Source: Stramenopiles sp. TOSAG23-2 (taxonomy: Eukaryota). Taken from it: 49,656 nt of DNA. The stretch covers positions 1 through 49,656 of the forward strand of contig LT649271.1 of the NCBI GenBank assembly GCA_900128395.1. Reading direction: 5' to 3'. The stretch's first letter is position 1. Each line of letters begins with the position of its first letter. Shown here one piece after another: positions 25,099 to 36,031 of the stretch. The translations under genes were made by a program, and so were the position numbers. A model generated the notes under the pieces. It saw nothing but the letters and a program-made list of their open reading frames with translations. It was not told the origin of the DNA and did no database searches.

Positions 25099-26635
25099 TA
25101 TCCAACTCTACTTTTTCGCAATTATACCTGGATTACAAGATTTAGATTACCACATTACCACAGGTACGTGCGTACCAACAACTCTTCTTGTTGTTTTTTT
25201 TTTCTTCTTATTATTTCTACGATCTGTTATAATTCATCCCTTTTCAATACTGAATAGTGTTAATTTGGATGTAGACAGAAAAATATCATCGAAAATTATT
25301 CGGATATATACATTTTTAGATATCACAAAATGGGAATCTTGGTAATTTAATGCATTGAAATCAAAAAATAATATACTAGTACGAAATCATATTTATCATT
25401 TTTACTTACATTTATACTTTTTTTGTATTTTATGCTTTGTACAAAAATGTATATACTCGTATTAAAATACATTTTTATAAAAAGTTTTTACCAACGACAT
25501 TTCTCTTTTCATACAACTCCTTTCAAAACGATCTTACCCATAAATTTTTAACTTTACAAGTAATACAAATCGTATGTTATATATTAAAATATACGTAGGA
25601 CTACACGGCTTTGTACCATATTCAATTTTTAACATAAAAAACTCTTAAACTAAATCCATATTATTACCCACATTAATAGCTTCAAAAGCATATGCAAGCA
25701 TCAACAAATACATATTTTCCGTTTCATAACGTATTCATAATACTATGACTGATACGATAAATCATCTACAATTAAAATAATTTCCCAACCATTTGTATTC
25801 ATAAAGATCAATATATACAAACATATTTAACATATGATCTATATAACATTCATAGTCACCTCATGTTCAATTATAGTTATGTTCAATGTATTCTTTGGTT
25901 TCAAATAACATTTATTCACAATATATATACATAAATACAACAATGATACACACAAGATAAACCCAATTATATACGACGAAAGAAAAATAACAATATACAC
26001 ATTAAGATATCAAACAAACGAAACAACCGATCTATGATTAATAAAATTTTTATGTGTGAGAAAGACTTGGTTCATTTAAATATTGTTATTGTTATTGTTA
26101 TATAAATTAAAAACCACTAATATACGTGAAATGTATTAGTTAATTTATGAAAAAATAAACTAATAAAACGAAATAGAAGTATTTAAAATTTCGTGTTTGT
26201 GGCGGAATCGGTATTTATGAATGTTATAATAAATCGTTTGAAGCTATGATATCAATGATATGTAACGATTTGATATCTCTTCTATATATATTTTTTTTCT
26301 ATCTATTACGATATATATATATTTATTTTAATGTATATTTTTACAATAGTGTATAGTTTTATTTTTAATTTTAATTATTTTGTAAAGTGTTGAGGTCATC
26401 ATAAATTTTTGATATTTGATATTGGATTTCTAGATTTTCACCTCAGACCAAGGATCGTAGAAATTATTATACTCTTATTAATCTCTTGCCGGTTGCCGGC
26501 CAGCTTGTGCAATTCAATTGATCAATAATAAAATAAAAAATAGGAATGAGTGTGGGAGTGGAAAAGGTACAAAACAAAATATATTGTATTGTACTGTCCA
26601 AGAGAAAATAATAGTTAAAATAAATACAATATATT

Positions 26636-28063
26636 ATGAGTAGAACAACAAGAAGTAGTGCAAAAGAAGATCCAGTCCCTCCAATCATTCCACTGCTTAA
26701 TGGAGACTATGCTTATAAAATATATGATGATGCATATGAAGCAGGAGAACTTCCTGATGGCAGGTATTTCGAAGAGTTTGTTTGTAGGCATTTACAAACT
26801 AGGCTAGAAGGTAAAACATCAAATAATGGAATTTCTCCTCTGTTCAAAGTTTTAAAATATGGTAATACAATGAATGATATGAAAAATAAAGTATTCATTG
26901 AGGATTTGATGTTGAAATGGGCATTAGGCTTAGATGAAGTTACGGGCTATGTAAACTGGTTACCTACAAATGACAAAGTCACTGATATATTTTATGCAAT
27001 AAAAAATATATTATCATCTATTTTTTCTGTTTCTGATGGCCAGGTATATTATCCAGCAATAGATACAAATGTAGATAAGTTTTCAGGTTTTCATATTATC
27101 AAGAGCATACGCATATATGAGCCATTAAAATTTATAATGGAAAAACTGTTGAATTGTACATCTGAGTCTGGTCATACCACTCGTTATGCAACTCATAATA
27201 ATAATAATCTTTACATATGGCTGAATTGGCGGAATACAGGAAGGGGACGAGGGGAGGTTCGAAATTTATATTTCCATGGTTACGACCATGTGGAAAAAAA
27301 AAATGTGACTAAAGATCACAAAATGTTTCTGGATTCAAATATGCAGAATAATAATGCAGCATATTTGAATCCAGAAACATTTTGTGAATATGCTCCAGAT
27401 TGTTTTGGTTTTTTAAATTGGCAAATCATGAAGATATTACATGAAGAGTCAACCTCGCTATTTAATATGTCTCACTATTTTTTGTTATGGGCTCAAATTA
27501 TTGAAATTCCATTTGATCGAGAAAAAGATTTTACCCTTGCACTACATAAAGATCGTCCTAGAGAAGGAGATATTATAGTGTCTGTTGAAATCACAGAAGA
27601 GGCTAAAATTCTTATAAAGAACAATGCGAATCTTGAAAGAAACTGGCAAATAACACCTGGCCAGGCTTATGTCCTGGAACGGCAGGCAAGGACAGAAATG
27701 TTTCATGGAATAAAAGTTGTTGGAAATATAAAAAGACGTGCACCCAGATATGCTGTTATTCTGCGGTATTATGACCGAAATATTGAAATGGGGGACAATA
27801 ATGGTAGCAGTAGTAGCAGCAACTATGGATCCACTATCAATGGTAGTACAAATGGTATAACAACAACATCATCTACTACTGATAAAAAACGTAAATTCAA
27901 TAATGGTATTACAACAACAACAACAACAAAAACATCTACTACTGCCATTGGGAGATTAGAAATATTATTGGATGAAGTAGAATCTCTGTCGCGGACATCA
28001 GATGATGCCAAAAAATTCGTAAAACAGCGCTTTGAACAGATGATCAATAGCAGACTGGTCTGA
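26636..28063 (+). CDS. Unknown N-terminal region fused to an AlkB-like 2OG-Fe(II) dioxygenase domain
   Basis: LHKD (HxD), PGQAYVLERQAR..FHG (distal His), RYAVILR (RxxxxxR). Confidence 0.65.
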   Translation: MSRTTRSSAKEDPVPPIIPLLNGDYAYKIYDDAYEAGELPDGRYFEEFVCRHLQTRLEGKTSNNGISPLFKVLKYGNTMNDMKNKVFIEDLMLKWALGLDEVTGYVNWLPTNDKVTDIFYAIKNILSSIFSVSDGQVYYPAIDTNVDKFSGFHIIKSIRIYEPLKFIMEKLLNCTSESGHTTRYATHNNNNLYIWLNWRNTGRGRGEVRNLYFHGYDHVEKKNVTKDHKMFLDSNMQNNNAAYLNPETFCEYAPDCFGFLNWQIMKILHEESTSLFNMSHYFLLWAQIIEIPFDREKDFTLALHKDRPREGDIIVSVEITEEAKILIKNNANLERNWQITPGQAYVLERQARTEMFHGIKVVGNIKRRAPRYAVILRYYDRNIEMGDNNGSSSSSNYGSTINGSTNGITTTSSTTDKKRKFNNGITTTTTTKTSTTAIGRLEILLDEVESLSRTSDDAKKFVKQRFEQMINSRLV

Positions 28064-28318
28064 TCTTTTATTTGATTCTACAATGTTGTACAAATAACAT
28101 AATTTTAAAAAAATATATAAAAAATATACGGTATGATATAAAAAATTCTCTTATTTATAATTTAAAGATTTTATTTACTCATAAGTATACATATCATAAA
28201 AAAAAATTACAAGTTCAAAATATATTTTATATTATATACGTATCATATTTTAAAAATATTATATTTTTTAAAACATCTTAGATTTTAAACATCATCTTTA
28301 TATTAAAATAAATACACC

Positions 28319-29654
28319 TCAATCATTTCGTCTACGTTCTCTTCTTGGTGTCACATTTAATTTCCATGAAATAATTGCTACTAATGTTGGTATTAATGCC
28401 AATGTAAATACAACTAAAGATGCAATAAATGCACTGACATAATTAATAATACGTTCTGTTTTTTCCGAGGTTGCTAAAAAACAGTTTCTTTTCTTACGTC
28501 TCAAACGTGCCGTGCCAGCACGTGCCCTTGCTCTTGCAGCACGTAACAACGATTTAGCACTAACTCGCCACAATATTGATGTAACAGGTGGTACATCCAA
28601 TTTATCAATAGATTCAATATTATCAGCATCAGACAAAATTGTTAATCGATTTGCGCTGGTCATTGGACTTAAATCTAATGCATGAAAACCAGCAACAGTG
28701 CTACGTGTTTCAAACGTCCATCCACCATGTATTAACATAATACCTTTGGAAATTGTCGCTTGATGTGCAAATCTTTCCCAAGGTATATCTCGATTTGCCC
28801 AATTTTCAACCGTTTTCCAACAATGGTTTCTACAGTCAAATATTGTAATGGGGACGGAACGGGTAAATTTCATACCGATGCTGCGACTTTCATCTCTGGA
28901 ATATCGTACAAAACCACCAAAAAAGATTACATGATGTCCAATAGCAGTAGCGCTATGGCCTCGACCAAGGGCTTCAACGGAAGGTGTTAATACATCATCT
29001 TCCTTATTAATTTGAAATGACGGTACCATGTTGTCATCTCTTTCGCTTCCTATTTCGTAGCTATTTTCATTGCTATTATTATCACGAGATCCTACATTAT
29101 CAATTGCACCTGGCTGTCGAATAATTGTCGAAGTTGGATCCATAATACAAGACCATACATTATTGTTAATATTATACATATGTATATCAAACATATCATT
29201 TCCTTCGTTGAAATAATCAGCGCCAGTTGCACCACCAAAGACATATACGCGATTTTCGCATACAACCATAGAACACCCATATCGAGCTGTTGGAGATTTT
29301 CCCTTTGATTTTTCAAATAACGGTGTCCATTCAAACGTTTCAACATTTAAACTTGCAAATTCATCAATTGTATGTCCATCACGTATACCACCAAATACAT
29401 ACATAGTTTTTGTACTCCATTTATATGCACATGCGTGATTTCCACGATCATATCTATGAGTTAGTTTATTCGGACTAATCTTTTCGTTATTACTAGTCCT
29501 TCCGCCTTTTCTTAATTTTTCTTTTGGAAATTGTTTTTTCCATATCAAAGTTGAAGATTTTAATGTCCATTCGGTATCTATGTCATTTTCTTCCTCTGTA
29601 TCAACATTTATATTTGAATATTTTGATGATGATGATGCTGCTGCACTTACTTTG

Positions 29655-29696
<42 letters not shown>

Positions 29697-30490
29697 CCAT
29701 TAAAATTATTGTCATCATCATCATCTGTCCATTCGATCGTATATACATCATTTAAAGAGAATCCAAAATATGCCTCTCTAAATCCACCAAATAATAAAGC
29801 TTTCTTGCCAGTATTATTTCTACCTAAATTAATCATTGTATGGCCATAACGAGCACATGGAATATCACCAATTTCATTTGGAACTTTTATTTTTACAGCT
29901 AATTTATTATCATATTTAGTATTACTAGTTGATACAATCGAATCACTTTGTAACGTTTTGAAAGCAAATATTTTTGCACGCTGTGCTAAACCCCAACCAT
30001 CTGCATTCCATGATGTACCACCAAATCCTCCATAGACAATGCCACATTCTTCACCTAAATTAACCATAGCATGTGCACAGCGAGGGACACGGTCGATCGC
30101 ACGATTTTTCACATTCCGCAATACAACTGTTGGTTTTCTCATCCAACTAGCAAAAGACAAAGTTTGTAACTGTAAAGCAACACGTGCAATGTCTTTCCAT
30201 TTCAAACTGTTGATATTATTATTATTATTAATGTTATTACTGTTATTGTTATCAAATCCTTTCCGTAATTTCAACAATTCATCAACACGTTGAACTGCAC
30301 TGTCGTATACTTCACGACATACGGTAAAACGCATTGCATTACTAAGAGTACCATTAACAGTTTCTGCTTCATTTAATATACGTTGTATTTCTTTTGAAAT
30401 AGAAGTTAAATAAGTTAATGTTTCTAAACCAATGTATTGTGATATGTACAATAAATAATCATTTTTCGATAATAATTGTGATAATTCCAT
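28319..30490 (-). CDS. F-box-like/kelch-repeat protein with C-terminal membrane anchor
   Basis: Kelch blades (RCAHAM..YGG, ARYGHTM..FGG, YVFGG twice, RGHSA..FFGG, RFAH..HGG); F-box-like N-terminus; TM helix near the C-terminus. Confidence 0.8.
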
Positions 30491-31114
30491 GATGCTATAT
30501 TTCCTTCTTTAATATATATATATGTAAGAAAATGAAACCAATTGATTGAATTTGATTACATGTTGTTCTTATTTTTTCTTTCCATTTAAACATTTACTTG
30601 AGTTTCTATACAGAAGAAGAAGAAGAAAGATTGATCTATTTGATAATGCATACAAATTAATATAAAATTAAAAATGTGCATAATGGATGGAATAAAAACC
30701 CAACAATAGTGCAATACCTGGGAATAGCACAATAATAATACCAGGTACAATATTTAAAAAGAAAAAACGAAGAAGCAAATACTATTCGTTTTTTAAGTCG
30801 TTTAAGGAAGAATATTCTTTAATATTTTACATACATTAACATATAAATACCATCAGTCCTATTTTGATGTTATATATTATTTTTAATGCTATGCACTGCC
30901 TATTTCGGCGTGCGAGCAAAAACCATTAATACCTTACTGGCGTGTGGAGAGATCGAAACTAAAAAAAACATAAATAAATAATGTGTGTAGTATGGTAGTG
31001 CACTAGTGTGTAATTATTTTTTTTTAACAGTGAGACTAAAATGACAAACACGCTGAAAAATACAAAAATATATATATTACGAACACACACTCCTTCTTGA
31101 ATGTGTGATATCTC

Positions 31115-32101
31115 TTATTGTAAATTCATCTTTTTATTTGCATTGAACCATGGCAATTCACTCTCTAAACTTTTTGCTTCTTTTCTATTAATATTTGTAT
31201 TATCTGTACTGCCTTGAAGGAACATTGTATTCATAAACTCTTTTTTCTTTCCTCCATCAGTCAACATATTTGGTATTTTACTTTTACTTGATCGTGAAAA
31301 TAAATTTCTACTAGATGAATCATCATCACTTTTAACTTGTCTTGTATTTGGTTTTAGTGGTTCCATAACTGGAGTCTTTGGTATAATAGGTTCAGGCGTA
31401 TCTACCACCGGATGGTCTGGTTTTATGTATGGCATCTCTTTGATATGTATAGAAAATCCTCTACTCCATTGTTACATTTGCATGTCATAGTTTTATTATC
31501 AAATTCACCATTACCATTAGTACAATCTGTATAATTTTGCGTAATATCAGTTACCATATTTCGTCTAAAATCAGCCATGGCGTTGTAATGGTCTGTACTC
31601 CATTTCGTCTTAATCTTTTTAATACGTTCTTGTTTATTTACTTGCTCATTTCTTTTCGCCTCTTGTGCTTTTTCTTTCATTTCAAGCGCTGCATCTCTCT
31701 TTACATTTTGTTCATACTGCAATGAGGAGTGGAACGATATATATGCATTGATATACTTTCATCATGAACTTTTCTTCAACGGGGAATATATTATATCTAT
31801 ATATATATATATATATCTTTTGTTATTTGTTCTGTACTAATGTATGTATGTACACATCTATTCATATTTTATATATCGATATATCTAATACCTCCCTTCT
31901 TTTTTAGCTGATTTGCATTCATCATCGATATTTCTTCCTTCATTTCCCAAAATGACTATACGACAGTTTCGTACTTAATACTGATGTTTGATAGAAAGAT
32001 ATTAGTATATAAATAACACCAAGGCTATTAGGTCAACAAATCTAAATCTAAATCAAGTGTTCTAGTGTTCTGTGAAGAACGTTAAATTTAAGGTTTTTCA
32101 T
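31115..32101 (-). pseudogene. Frameshifted gene for a probable secreted coiled-coil/EGF-like protein
   Basis: ORFs 31423-31722 (CTNGNGEFDNKTMTCKCNNG) and 31115-31435 overlap in different frames; upstream hydrophobic pieces and candidate GT-AG introns also need frameshifts. Confidence 0.4.
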
Positions 32102-32307
32102 CGATTTAGTATATATATAGCATTTAATATTATTCTGGCTATCTGGCTATCTGTAAGTGCCTAAAAATTCTCTTCTTCTTCTTCTTCTAGGAAATGGAAT
32201 GGCTAAAATAATTTGATTAAAAATGAGGAAAAATATTGATAGATAGATGAACGTATATACATAGACGAGATAGATTTTATTGTCATCATATTGTAAACAA
32301 GAAAAAT

Positions 32308-33885
32308 ATGGCGTTTTTATTTTTACCGACGATACATAACTCATTGTTTAACCAATCAAAAGATGCCGTTGCTGTAATAAATTCGATGCAAAAGGGTAGC
32401 AGCAGTAGTGGTAGTAGTAGTAGTAGTAATGGGAACCAAAAACCATCACCAATATTAGACGCATTTTGCACCTCTATTGTCAAATTAGTTATCTTATTTC
32501 AAATGAATAGATATATTTTTTACATCGCTTGTGCCATTTATTGGGGAATAGATGAAACGTTTGGGCAACATTTGATTTGCTGCTGGGCGTTGGGTGTATT
32601 TGTATCCCATTATATGAAAGATTTATTAATGATTCCACGTTTAGTGAAACCTAGGTTAAGTCAAGAATATTGTAAGAAAATGTGGAAAACCAATAATGTT
32701 AATTTTGACTCTTGTTGGGATATACCGTACGAACCGGTTGTATCCTTCACGTCAGCTGTTACTTCCGTAGGAACAATCTGCATTCTTCTTTCTCCGGAAA
32801 GTGTTGTGTGGATTATTTTATTGATGTTAGGCTCTATTGGTTTTTCAGCATATTCGTTCTTTCAATTAAATATTACTTCTATTACTAGCATTGTAAGCAG
32901 TTTGTTAGTCGGTATTACCATACCATTTCTATGGATATATTATTTAATAGGTAGTCAATTTAATACAACAAAAAATACTGGTTTAAATCAAAATTATGGT
33001 ATGGTATTTTTAATGGGTAATGATAACACTATTATATACAACGTTACATTTACTTTTGTTGTTGCATTCGTGTTATTATTGGCATATCCAATTCCATTTA
33101 AATATAATTTTTCATTACCATATGTATCGAAATCAATATTCACCGCAACTGGATTTATTATTGGTGTATTGATGCGTGAATATCTTTTTTATAGTGTTGG
33201 TAATACTACTAGTACTAATAATAATAATAACAATATTGGTGAATGTAATCCGTCATATTCAACATTGTATCAAACAACATTTGAATCTGTATTTCTCAGT
33301 ACTAATACAAAAAGTAATGAAAATATATTAAGGCATCACCAAAGAATCAATCATCATATTAATAATAATGATAATTATAATGAAGACAATATAAATCAAC
33401 AAAAATCCTCCGATTGTGTATATATTGGATCATTTAATGCAATATTTGCATTATTTGTAATGACAATGATACAATTTTTTTGTAAGACTGTTTTCGTCCA
33501 AAAATTTAGGTATTCTCAAATGTATGGTGCGTGTTTTCGTCCACGAATAAGTGCAAATGCTACTTCCATCTTGGAAAATTCCGTTCATAAATTAAATCCA
33601 TCGATTGAACGAGCAAGGGAACAATTATATGAATGTAAGCGTTTAAGAAGACAATTTGAAGAAGCTTGTATCGAAATGAAAAAGAAGCAAAGGTTATTAA
33701 TTGGTGGCAACAATAAGCTTTATAACAAAAATAAAGTGAAATCGTTGGAGAAGAAATCATTGTCTGCATATGAATTTATCATTTATGAATATGCAATACC
33801 AACAAATATTTGTAATGGTTTCTTTGATGGATTTATAGCTAGTTTTATCTGTCCATATTTTGTATCGATGATGGGGCGAGTATAG
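32308..33885 (+). CDS. Sphingosine-1-phosphate phosphatase (PAP2)-like membrane protein, probably inactive
   Basis: YWGIDETFGQHLICCWALGVFVSHYMKDLLMIPR resembles SGPP1/2 around motif C1; many TM segments. Confidence 0.55.
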   Translation: MAFLFLPTIHNSLFNQSKDAVAVINSMQKGSSSSGSSSSSNGNQKPSPILDAFCTSIVKLVILFQMNRYIFYIACAIYWGIDETFGQHLICCWALGVFVSHYMKDLLMIPRLVKPRLSQEYCKKMWKTNNVNFDSCWDIPYEPVVSFTSAVTSVGTICILLSPESVVWIILLMLGSIGFSAYSFFQLNITSITSIVSSLLVGITIPFLWIYYLIGSQFNTTKNTGLNQNYGMVFLMGNDNTIIYNVTFTFVVAFVLLLAYPIPFKYNFSLPYVSKSIFTATGFIIGVLMREYLFYSVGNTTSTNNNNNNIGECNPSYSTLYQTTFESVFLSTNTKSNENILRHHQRINHHINNNDNYNEDNINQQKSSDCVYIGSFNAIFALFVMTMIQFFCKTVFVQKFRYSQMYGACFRPRISANATSILENSVHKLNPSIERAREQLYECKRLRRQFEEACIEMKKKQRLLIGGNNKLYNKNKVKSLEKKSLSAYEFIIYEYAIPTNICNGFFDGFIASFICPYFVSMMGRV

Positions 33886-35145
33886 AAACACTGTGCATGT
33901 GCTTCTTTTTAACTTTAGACACACACATGTAGTATAATACCTCGTATAAGATACTGTGTGGGATTATGTTTGTATATGAATATGTGTTGCATCTTGTGCC
34001 ATTGTACCTTTATATATATATTGTGGAATATTTAAGAGTGTAATAGTAAGGTTTGTACGTAAAATTTCGTATGGTAAATTTTAACATTAATAATTTCAGA
34101 TTAGACTAAATATATTTTTTTAAAAAAAAATATAAAATAAACGCACGTCACTTCCCCAAGCGTGAATAAATTAATAAAACAATAAATACGGCAGCTCTAC
34201 AGCGGATCCTCTCTAGGCAGCTCCCAACCATTGCGGCACATTGCAGCACATTCTGACACACTCTGTCCAAAGGCCTTGATTTTTAAAGTAATTTTAAAAA
34301 TGAAAAAATATTATATGCTTTTAATTCAAACATGGTATTTGCAACTGGTGAAAATTTTAATTGGGACGAATAATATATATGATAATATACATCAATATTT
34401 TAAAGATTTTTAATTTATAAAAATTTAAAAAAATTAAATTGTGTACATATTTAATTTTTTTTATATAATATTTTAAATATATTTTTTAATTATATATATG
34501 CAATCTCTCTCTTGTCCAATACACACTACGAAGCTCGTAATTATATGTATATATATACCCGGTATATATTCACTCTCATTCAAATAAAATATTTAATTGC
34601 ATGGATATGGTGGTGTAATTTATAAATTATATAAATATTTTTGAAAATTGCACTTTTTTTTCTATAAATTTAATTCTAATCGTTTTAATCTAAGAATACA
34701 ATTTATTTTCAAAAATAAATATAAACCATGCAAATATATATATTGAATCTATGCGTGTATTATATTGTATATCTTAATATATACATAAATATATATATAT
34801 ATATATATATTATAAGTGTGTGTCGGTATGTATGTATGTGTCGTCGATATAAAATGTTTTCCCTCCATCCTTTTTTTTCTTTTTTTTTTTTTAAATTTTT
34901 TTTCTTTTTTTTTAAATTACGCGATTGTTACGTTTGATATTATTATATTGATATTGTATTTAATTTTGGGACTTTCTATACATGTGGAGATCTTCTTCTT
35001 GCGTTGTTTCTTTTATTTAATAGTATATATGAAGTATTTTTTTTATTTATCTGTATTCTTCTTTTGAATTTTATATTTCTTGTATGTGTATTATTATTAT
35101 CTATATCTGCCTTTATAATATATATATATATATATTTCATCTAAG

Positions 35146-35733
35146 TTGGTTATGATACTATTTATTTTCCATCAGCGAGAAACTTTAGTTTTATCTTTAT
35201 CTTTAAAATTCTTTAAATCTATATATCTATCAAGTTTCATAACAAATGGTTTGGTATACTGTATCAAGGAAGTCAAGCAAATAGAAAATTATACCTTTGT
35301 AGATTTTTTGCTTTTCCTTTGCGAATGAGTATCCCTTGGTGCACCAGGTGCAGCGGATGCCATTGCTACTGCTGACATAGTACCATATTTAGGTCGTACA
35401 GCAAAATATTTGAGACGTGAAATTTTAATGAATCCATTATATGAAGACTTTAGAAAAAATGCACCAAATTACAAAATTAAAAATATGATGCCAAAAGTAG
35501 CAAAGTTAACAAACAAGAAAAAGAAGAAGAAGAAATTACCAGATGTGAAGAAATTAATTGATGCAAAAATGTCGAAAGCAACACTCCCTATGAAATTGAT
35601 GAAGAAACAGTTAGAAAATTCAAATAGTGCTACTAAGCAAGCAGAAAATGTTGTTAATGGTGTTCCAGAATTGAAGAAACAATCCCTAATTGCACAAAAA
35701 AAGCAATCAGAAAATGAGATAGCAATGAAATAA
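35146..35733 (+). pseudogene. Interrupted ORF with a basic, coiled C-terminus
   Basis: Coding-like frame VSLGAPGAADAIATADIVPYLGRTAKYLRRE... from 35329, preceded by an in-frame TGA (35326-35328). Confidence 0.4.
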
Positions 35734-36031
35734 AAATACTGTCTCTTCGCCATAATAAGAGAGAAAGAGAGAGAGAAAACGTTTTTTATAACAAAGAAGA
35801 TCTTCGATATAGAGAAAATAAAATGGTGTTTTTAAATGATACGACGAGTATCATATTTACGTCCTCAATATTAGGTAATATGGTACCATACGAATCGTAT
35901 CATATCATACTAATATCATATCATACCGAATACTTCGTACACGCCTTCAGTACAAACTCTACTTTTTTATAAATGTGACGAATTTCTCGTCACACCTCCC
36001 AAAATAATATTTCTCACCCTCTTCTAATTCT

